From assembly GCF_000026545.1 (NCBI RefSeq), contig NC_011601.1: a DNA stretch of 64,000 bases. One strand, written 5' to 3'. The notes under the pieces were generated by a model that worked only from the letters and a program-made list of their open reading frames with translations, was not told the DNA's origin and did no database searches. Below are positions 57,067 to 64,000 of this stretch, piece after piece (positions within the stretch are counted from its first letter, which is position 1; every line of letters starts with the position of its first letter). Origin of the DNA: Escherichia coli O127:H6 str. E2348/69. Its GTDB lineage: Bacteria > Pseudomonadota > Gammaproteobacteria > Enterobacterales > Enterobacteriaceae. The translations under genes and the position numbers were made by a program.

Positions 57067-57090
57067 AGACAATAATAATCATTCTCATTT
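57067..57090 (-). promoter_or_regulatory. Fur box overlapping the ryhB promoter
   Basis: Minus strand AATGAGAATGATTATTATTGTCTC immediately upstream of the RyhB 5' end; matches the Fur consensus GATAATGATAATCATTATC. Confidence 0.75.
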
Positions 57091-57186
57091 GCACTTGTCC
57101 AACACTTTTTGCAAAAAAATGCATTTGACTCGCATTTGAAAGTCAATGATGTTGAAAGGGACATTTACCCCAAAGAGGACAAAGGA

Positions 57187-57675
57187 ATGAGTGAGATAGT
57201 AATACGCCACGCAGAAACACGCGATTACGAGGCTATCAGGCAGATTCACGCCCAGCCGGAGGTGTATTACAACACGCTACAGGTGCCTCATCCTTCAGAA
57301 CAAATGTGGCTGGAACGACTCACCGCTCGCCCTGGCATCAAGCAGTTAGTCGCCTGTATTGATGGAATCGTCGTAGGCCATCTCACCATTGACGTGCAAC
57401 AACGCCCACGCCGCAGTCATGTTGCCGATTTTGGTATCTGTGTCGACTCCCGTTGGAAGAACCGCGGCGTCGCCAGCGCCCTGATGCGAGAGATGATTGA
57501 AATGTGCGACAACTGGTTGCGGGTAGATCGTATTGAGCTAACGGTGTTCGTCGATAACGCGCCAGCAATTAAGGTCTATAAAAAATTTGGCTTTGAGATT
57601 GAAGGGACTGGCAAGAAGTACGCGCTGCGTAATGGTGAATATGTCGATGCGTATTATATGGCGCGGGTGAAATAG
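57187..57675 (+). CDS. yhhY: GNAT-family N-acetyltransferase YhhY
   Basis: 162 aa from MSEIVIRHAETRDYEAIRQIHAQPEVY; acetyl-CoA motif RWKNRGVASALM. Confidence 0.88.
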   Translation: MSEIVIRHAETRDYEAIRQIHAQPEVYYNTLQVPHPSEQMWLERLTARPGIKQLVACIDGIVVGHLTIDVQQRPRRSHVADFGICVDSRWKNRGVASALMREMIEMCDNWLRVDRIELTVFVDNAPAIKVYKKFGFEIEGTGKKYALRNGEYVDAYYMARVK

Positions 57676-57735
57676 AGAATTTGCAATCTACGTTTGTCAT
57701 TTAAGCCCTCACCTACCGGGAGAGGGCTTAAGATA

Positions 57736-59469
57736 TTAATACCCCGCCGTTAAATCATCCACCGAGCGTGGGTCGGATGCACCGTACAGCTCACCGTCCG
57801 GCCCAACCATAATGCTTTGTGTACTGCCCATCGCCTCTTTCAGCGCCACTTTCTGACCTTTTGCTTCCAGCAGCTTGATCGTATCCGGGCTAAACCCTTT
57901 TTCGACACGCAGCTCGTCCGGCAACCACTGATGGTGGAAACGCGGCGCATTGGTCGCTTCGGCGACGTTCATTCCATAATCGATGCTATTCACTACCATT
58001 TGCAGCACAGTGGTGATAATCCGGCTACCGCCTGGGCTTCCGGTGACCAGCCAGGTTTTACCATCCTTGACCACAATGGTTGGTGACATCGACGACAGCG
58101 GGCGTTTATTCGGCCCGACGGCGTTGGCATCGCCGCCCACCAGCCCGTAAACGTTCGGTACGCCTGGTTTGGCGGAGAAATCATCCATCTGGTTATTGAG
58201 CAAAATACCGCTCTCGCCCGCGACAATGCCCGTACCGAAGGTGGTGTTCAGCGTATAGGTCACCGCCACGGCGTTACCGTCTTTATCCACTACTGAGTAA
58301 TGGGTAGTTTGATTACTCTCATAAGGCGCAAGCTTGCCAGGACGAATTTCGCTGGATGGCTTCGCTTTATTGATATCGATTTGATCGGCAATAGATTTGG
58401 CATAGGCTTTATTGGTCAGCGCCTGCCACGGTACTTTGACAAAATCCGGGTCGCCAAGATATTCCGAGCGGTCGGCATAGGCGTATTTCTCAGCTTCTGC
58501 CATGATTTGCATCGCGTCGGCGCTGCCAAAGCCGTACTTCTGCATATCGAAGTTTTCCAGAATATTGAGGATTTGTACGATATGAATACCGCCGGAAGAT
58601 GGCGGTGGCATGGAGTAAACCTGATACCCGCGATAATCGCCGCTTATCGGTGTGCGTTCGACCGCTTTATATGCCGCTAAATCTTCTTTGCTGATCAAGC
58701 CACCGTTTTTCTGCATCTCCTGGGCAATCTGTTCCGCTATCGTGCCTTTGTAGAATTCATCCGGGCCGTTTTCGGCAATCATCTTCAGGCTCTTTGCCAG
58801 GTTCGCCTGCACCAGCTTGTCGCCCTTTTTCAGCGGTTCGCCCTCTTTCCAGAAGATAGCTTTGCTGTTTTCGTGGTTCGGCAGCACTTCACTGCCGTAG
58901 GTTTTGAGATCGTCAGCCAGCGCGTCGTTAACGATAAAACCATCGCGTGCCAGTTTAAACGCCGGTTGCACCACTTTATTCAACGGCATGGTGCCGTATT
59001 TATCCAGCGCCAACGAGAAACCCGCTACCGTACCGGGTGTGCCGGAAGCCAGATGCGAAGTGAGTGATTTTTTGCTGTCCGGGTTGCCCTGATCATCGAG
59101 GAACATATCGCGGGTCGCTTTGGCGGGTGCCATTTCGCGGAAATCGATAGCCGTGGTATTGCCATTTTTCGAGCGGATCAGCATAAAACCACCGCCGCCC
59201 AGATTCCCTGCCTGCGGATGCGTTACTGCCAGCGCGTAGCCCACCGCCACGGCAGCATCAACGGCATTCCCGCCCTCCTTGAGGATATCCACCCCCACCT
59301 GAGTGGCAGTAGCATCTACAGACGCCACCATTCCCTGCTTAGCGCGTACCGGATGGAAGACATCTTCCTCCACACCATAAGAAACAGGTGGCGCGGCTAC
59401 CGTACTAAAACAACTTCCTGTGAGCAGAGCAGCAATGGCCACCCGGCGTAAAAACGTCGGTTTTATCAT
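57736..59469 (-). CDS. ggt: Gamma-glutamyltranspeptidase (periplasmic precursor)
   Basis: 577 aa from MIKPTFLRRVAIAALLTGSCFSTVAA (signal peptide); autoprocessing-site Thr in the TTHYSVVD context. Confidence 0.93.
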   Translation of the reverse strand: MIKPTFLRRVAIAALLTGSCFSTVAAPPVSYGVEEDVFHPVRAKQGMVASVDATATQVGVDILKEGGNAVDAAVAVGYALAVTHPQAGNLGGGGFMLIRSKNGNTTAIDFREMAPAKATRDMFLDDQGNPDSKKSLTSHLASGTPGTVAGFSLALDKYGTMPLNKVVQPAFKLARDGFIVNDALADDLKTYGSEVLPNHENSKAIFWKEGEPLKKGDKLVQANLAKSLKMIAENGPDEFYKGTIAEQIAQEMQKNGGLISKEDLAAYKAVERTPISGDYRGYQVYSMPPPSSGGIHIVQILNILENFDMQKYGFGSADAMQIMAEAEKYAYADRSEYLGDPDFVKVPWQALTNKAYAKSIADQIDINKAKPSSEIRPGKLAPYESNQTTHYSVVDKDGNAVAVTYTLNTTFGTGIVAGESGILLNNQMDDFSAKPGVPNVYGLVGGDANAVGPNKRPLSSMSPTIVVKDGKTWLVTGSPGGSRIITTVLQMVVNSIDYGMNVAEATNAPRFHHQWLPDELRVEKGFSPDTIKLLEAKGQKVALKEAMGSTQSIMVGPDGELYGASDPRSVDDLTAGY

Positions 59470-59588
59470 CGTTATTCTCCAGAGATTAAGGGGCAACCCC
59501 AGCTAAGCCTGGTATATAACTCTGAATTAATCATCGTTTTGCCGGGAAGCGAGTAAACTTAAAGAATATCTTCAGAGGAGGATACGCG

Positions 59589-60029
59589 ATGAAACGACTT
59601 CTGCTTTTGACGGCACTCCTGCCGTTTGTCGGCTTTGCACAGCCCATTAATACTCTGAACAACCCTAACCAGCCGGGATATCAGATCCCCAGCCAGCAGC
59701 GGATGCAAACTCAAATGCAGACGCAGCAAATCCAGCAAAAAGGGATGCTGAACCAGCAACTGAAAACGCAAACGCAGCTGCAACAGCAGCATTTAGAAAA
59801 CCAGATAAACAATAATTCTCAGCGGGTGTTGCAGTCACAGCCGGGGGAGCGAAATCCCGCCCGGCAGCAAATGCTGCCCAACACCAACGGCGGGATGTTA
59901 AACAGCAACCGTAATCCGGATAGTTCGTTGAATCAGCAGCATATGCTGCCGGAGAGGAGAAACGGCGACATGCTGAATCAGCCCAGCACGCCGCAGCCTG
60001 ACATTCCGTTGAAAACTATTGGGCCGTAA
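59589..60029 (+). CDS. yhhA: Secreted Gln-rich low-complexity protein YhhA (DUF2756)
   Basis: 146 aa with signal peptide [19 protein letters not shown]-rich repeats; 3' end overlaps ugpQ by 14 bp. Confidence 0.85.
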   Translation: MKRLLLLTALLPFVGFAQPINTLNNPNQPGYQIPSQQRMQTQMQTQQIQQKGMLNQQLKTQTQLQQQHLENQINNNSQRVLQSQPGERNPARQQMLPNTNGGMLNSNRNPDSSLNQQHMLPERRNGDMLNQPSTPQPDIPLKTIGP

Positions 60030-60759
60030 AGTTCGGACCAATCACGTCAATCGCATCGGTACAGATGCAATCCACGCCCCAGCGCAGCAACTCTGCCGCG
60101 CGCTGGGGTTTATTGACGGTATAAACCAGAATCCGTAATCCGGCGTCTTTCAACTGCATCACTCGCGCTTTATCGAGCAACTTATGATTGAGATGAATAG
60201 AGACGCAGCCCAGCCGCGCGGTCAATTCTCGCCAGTCGTCGCGCCATTCATCAAGCAATAAACCACGCGGCAGTTCCGGTGCTGCCTGTTGCGCGGCTTC
60301 TAAAGCATCAATCTCAAACGATGACAGCAGCGGCGGCGTCATACCGGTCCACAGTTCGCGTGCCGCCAACGCCACCGTTTTGCCCGTTAATGGTCCGGTG
60401 CCAGTGGTGGGTTTGATTTCGATATTCGCCATCATCCCGTGTTTGCGACAACGTTCCGCCACCTGCGAAAGCAATGGCAGCGGCTCACCTTTAAACGCTT
60501 TGCTGTACCAACTGCCTGCATCCACGCGCAGTAAATCCTGCCAGTTCAGTTCACCCGCGACGCCCCAGCCGTTGCTGGTGCGTTCAAGATTGTCGTCATG
60601 GAGCAGGAAGATCTCGCCATCTTTCGATAACTTTGCGTCAAATTCGATCATCTTATGACCGTATTTTGCCCCGATGTCGATTGCTGCCAGGGTGTTTTCC
60701 GGGGCCAGCTTACCGCCACCACGATGGGCGACGATGCGGGGATAAGGCCAGTTACTCAT
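60016..60759 (-). CDS. ugpQ: Cytoplasmic glycerophosphodiester phosphodiesterase
   Basis: 247 aa, [26 protein letters not shown]. Confidence 0.93.
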   Translation of the reverse strand: MSNWPYPRIVAHRGGGKLAPENTLAAIDIGAKYGHKMIEFDAKLSKDGEIFLLHDDNLERTSNGWGVAGELNWQDLLRVDAGSWYSKAFKGEPLPLLSQVAERCRKHGMMANIEIKPTTGTGPLTGKTVALAARELWTGMTPPLLSSFEIDALEAAQQAAPELPRGLLLDEWRDDWRELTARLGCVSIHLNHKLLDKARVMQLKDAGLRILVYTVNKPQRAAELLRWGVDCICTDAIDVIGPNFTAQ

Positions 60760-61826
60760 ACTCGTTGTCCTGTTTCACCATCAAAAAGATGCAGCTGATT
60801 TTCCGGCAGATGCAGCCACAGCGTGCTGCCTGCCGTCGGGCGCTCCTGATGTGCCAGTCGCACCACCAGCTTCTGTTCGCCCCAACGTCCGTGCGCCAGG
60901 TTATCTGCGCCGAGGATCTCCAGCGTGTCCATCACCAGCGGCACACCACCTTCTGCCTGCGAGCTTAGCGCTATATGTTCCGGGCGAATGCCGAGGGTCA
61001 TTTTACGCCCGGCATACTGACGGTAGCCACCGTTTAGCGGCAGCGTAATACCACCATCCAGTTCGAAATGCGTACCTTCGTTATTCACGCGGCCAGCCAG
61101 TAGGTTCATCGCCGGGCTGCCGATAAAACTCGCCACAAACAGGCTGGCGGGCTTTTCGTACACTTCAACTGGCGTGCCAATCTGTTCGGCGATGCCGCCG
61201 TTCATCACCATTACTCGCTGGGCGAGCGTCATCGCCTCAACCTGATCGTGGGTAACGTAGAGTGAAGTCGTTTTCAGGCGACGGTGCAGCTGTTGCAGTT
61301 CAAGACGCATCTGCACACGCAACTTGGCATCGAGGTTAGAGAGCGGCTCATCAAACAGGAACACTGCCGGCTCACGCACAATCGCACGCCCCATCGCCAC
61401 ACGCTGGCGCTGACCGCCGGAAAGCTCACGCGGGCGGCGCTTAAGCAGGCCGTCCAGCTCCAGAATGCGCGCCGCTTCTTTAACACGTTCGGCAATTTGT
61501 TGCTTGCCCATGCCGCGAATTTTCAGCCCCCACGCCATGTTCTCCTCTACGCTCATATGCGGATAGAGCGCGTAGTTCTGGAACACCATCGCAATCCCGC
61601 GATCTTTCGGCTCCATTTCGGTGACACGCTTGCGGTCGATCCAGATATCGCCCGTCGTTACCCGCTCCAGTCCGGCCACCATTCGCAATAACGTCGATTT
61701 CCCGCAGCCAGACGGCCCGACCATCACGATAAATTCGCCATCCGCCACATCAAGGGTCAGCGGTTTAATGACCTGGGTTTTGCCATCCCAGCTTTTGGTT
61801 ACTGCCTGTAATTTCAGTCCTGCCAT
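60756..61826 (-). CDS. ugpC: sn-glycerol-3-phosphate ABC transporter ATP-binding protein
   Basis: 356 aa from [15 protein letters not shown]; Walker [10 protein letters not shown], signature LSGGQRQR. Confidence 0.93.
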   Translation of the reverse strand: MAGLKLQAVTKSWDGKTQVIKPLTLDVADGEFIVMVGPSGCGKSTLLRMVAGLERVTTGDIWIDRKRVTEMEPKDRGIAMVFQNYALYPHMSVEENMAWGLKIRGMGKQQIAERVKEAARILELDGLLKRRPRELSGGQRQRVAMGRAIVREPAVFLFDEPLSNLDAKLRVQMRLELQQLHRRLKTTSLYVTHDQVEAMTLAQRVMVMNGGIAEQIGTPVEVYEKPASLFVASFIGSPAMNLLAGRVNNEGTHFELDGGITLPLNGGYRQYAGRKMTLGIRPEHIALSSQAEGGVPLVMDTLEILGADNLAHGRWGEQKLVVRLAHQERPTAGSTLWLHLPENQLHLFDGETGQRV

Positions 61827-61827
61827 C

Positions 61828-62673
61828 TTATTTCTCACTATCGACCAGGCCGCGCACGAAGGCACGCTGCATCACTAAAACAATCACTACTGGTGGGATC
61901 AGGGTTAACAACATCGCCGCCATCACCGAGTTCCATTCCGTTGTGCCTTCGCCTGTGGCGATCATCCCTTTAATCCCTGCCACGGTGGTGCCGAGATCAA
62001 CGTCGGTAATAATCAACAACGGCCACAAATACTGGTTCCAGCCGTAAATAAAGGTGATCACAAACAGCGCCGCCAGATTAGTTTTGGACAGCGGAAAAAC
62101 GATGTCGCAAAATAAACGCATTGGCGACGCGCCGTCGATCCGCGCGGCTTCCACCAGTTCATCCGGTAGGGTCATAAAGAACTGGCGAAACAGAAACGTG
62201 GCGGTCGCCGAGGCCATCAGCGGCAGCGTTAAACCTGCGTAGCTGTCGAGCATTTTCAGGTTGGCGATGACTTCCACCGTCGGGAAGATACGCACTTCAA
62301 CCGGCAGCATCAGGGTGATAAAAATCATCCAGAAGAAGAGGTTACGTAGCGGAAAACGAAACCAGACAATGGCAAATGCCGAGAGCATCGAGACGGTAAT
62401 TTTGCCGAGCGTAATGCTGAACGCCATCACAAAGCTGTTAAGCAACATCCGCCAGAACGGCGCGCTATTCGTGCCTACCCCGTTTACCCAGATGTTGTGG
62501 ATGTTTTCCCGCAGATGTGTGCCGGGGATTAGCGTCATCGGTGCGGCATAGACTTCTTGTTTATCCAGCGTCGCCGCGACAAACGCCACGTACAGCGGGA
62601 AAAGGATCACCGCGATCCCGAGGATCAGCATGGTATGGCTGAATATTGTCAGCCACGGACGGTTCTCAATCAT
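61828..62673 (-). CDS. ugpE: sn-glycerol-3-phosphate ABC transporter permease
   Basis: 281 aa, [19 protein letters not shown]; membrane permease. Confidence 0.92.
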
Positions 62674-63557
62674 TGGTAACGCACCTTGCTTTCAACATAG
62701 CGGAACTGCACCACCGTCAGCACGATGACGAGGAACATCAACACCACCGACTGCGCGGCAGACGAAGCCAAATCCAGTCCGGTAAAGCCTTCACGGTAGA
62801 TCTTATAAATCAGCGTCGTGGTGGCCTGTACTGGCCCGCCGGAGGTGGCGGCGTCGATCACCGGGAAGGTGTCGAAGAAGGCATACACCAGGTTCACCAC
62901 CAGCAGGAAGAAACTCACCGGAGCGATAAGCGGCAGCGCAATCTTAAAGAAGCGGCGAATCGGCCCTGCCCCATCAATGGCTGCGGCTTCGATCAACGAA
63001 CGGGGGATGGATTGCAGCGCGGCATAGAAGAACAGAAAGTTGTAGCTGATTTGCTTCCACACTGAGGCAAACACCACCAGGAACATCGCCTGACCGCTGT
63101 TTTGCGCGTGGTTCCAGTCGTAGCCGAACTCAGCGAGAAAATGGGTGATCAGCCCGCGACCGGGGTTAAACAGAAAGATCCACAATACGGCGGCAACGGC
63201 GGGAGCCACGGCATACGGCAGCAGCATCAAAGTTTGATAGAAACGACTGCCGCGCACGATGTACTCCACCAGCGCTGCGAAGAACAGCGATACCAGCAAA
63301 CCGCTGACGGTGACAAAGGTGCTGAATTTTATCGTCGTCCAGAAGGCGTCGAGATAGTAGCTGTCATGAAACAGCGTGACGAAATTATCCAGGCCGACAA
63401 ACTGGCTGGAGAAACCAAACGGATCGACGCTTTGTAGCGAGTACCACAACGCTTCGCCCGCAGGCCAGATAAAAAAGATAACGGTGATGATGAGCTGCGG
63501 CGCGACCAGCAAATAAGGCAGCCAGCGCGAGCGGAACACCGGACGGGATGATGACAT
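62670..63557 (-). CDS. ugpA: sn-glycerol-3-phosphate ABC transporter permease
   Basis: 295 aa, [22 protein letters not shown]. Confidence 0.92.
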
Positions 63558-63577
63558 TACAGTTAATTCCTGAACTG

Positions 63578-63645
63578 TGCCGGATGCGCTTCGCTTATCC
63601 GGCCTACACGCGATGCCAGGTCAGATAAGCGAAACGCATCCGACA
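63578..63645. repeat. REP/BIME element between ugpA and ugpB
   Basis: GTGCCGGATGCGCTTCGCTTATCCGGCCTACACG ... CAGATAAGCGAAACGCATCCGAC; canonical REP palindromes. Confidence 0.8.
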
Positions 63646-63654
63646 TTACACTGA

Positions 63655-64000
63655 TTAAGACTTCGTCGATTTCTCAAAGCGGCGCAGTAACTGGTTCCCA
63701 CGCTCAACGGCAGTATCCAGCGCCTGCTGTGGTGTCTTCTTACCGGTCCACACGCTCTCCAGCTCTTCATCCACAATCACGCGGATCTGCGGCATGTTGC
63801 CCAGACGCAAACCTTTGGTGAACGGCAACGGTGGCTTGTTCAGCATCTGACGCGTGGCAATATCCGCTCCTGGGTTTTTCTCGTAAAAGCCCTGCTCACG
63901 GGTCAGGTCATACGCCGCTTTGGTGATTGGTAGATAACCGGTTTTCTGATGCCACTCGGCAGCGTTTTCTGGTTTTGCGAGGAAGTCGAGGAACTTCGCC
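63655..64000 (-). CDS. ugpB: sn-glycerol-3-phosphate periplasmic binding protein, 3' portion (5' end outside window)
   Basis: Minus-strand frame is open to the window edge; C-terminus ...[76 protein letters not shown]. Confidence 0.9.
   Translation of the reverse strand, partial: AKFLDFLAKPENAAEWHQKTGYLPITKAAYDLTREQGFYEKNPGADIATRQMLNKPPLPFTKGLRLGNMPQIRVIVDEELESVWTGKKTPQQALDTAVERGNQLLRRFEKSTKS

Noticed and set aside
59380-59469. Gamma-glutamyltranspeptidase comes out at 577 aa here versus the 580 aa I remember for K-12 (a PPA-type repeat in the signal-peptide region).
   Set aside because: Probably an allelic repeat-number difference and my memory of the K-12 length is not certain enough to claim; cannot verify without an alignment.

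Overview
This window is a contiguous, mostly core-genome stretch of an Escherichia coli-type chromosome, in the K-12 gene order igaA to ugpB (about 76-77 min). All gene calls are by my own recognition of the translated ORFs and motifs; no database search was run. Gene order: igaA (3' part), yrfG, hslR, hslO, yhgE, pckA, envZ-ompR, greB, tex/yhgF, feoABC, rpnA/yhgA, bioH, gntX, nfuA, gntT, malQ-malP, malT, rtcA-rtcB, rtcR, glpR-glpG-glpE, glpD, glgP-glgA-glgC-glgX-glgB, asd, yhgN, gntU-gntK-gntR, yhhW, yhhX, ryhB sRNA, yhhY, ggt, yhhA, ugpQ-ugpC-ugpE-ugpA-ugpB (3' part). Protein lengths match the known E. coli products, so the core genes look intact. Three places depart from the K-12 layout as I remember it: (1) a decayed RelE/HigB-like toxin gene with an intact HTH antitoxin between pck and envZ; (2) an AT-richer segment of about 3.1 kb between glpD and glgP holding a frameshifted membrane-anchored PstS-like binding-protein gene and two uncharacterised ORFs; (3) a degenerate second copy of the rpnA C-terminal tail cassette after yhgA. 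I found no CRISPR array, IS element, integrase, prophage, tRNA or rRNA. I do not see a complete, clearly novel multi-gene system; the candidates above are the places most worth a second look.
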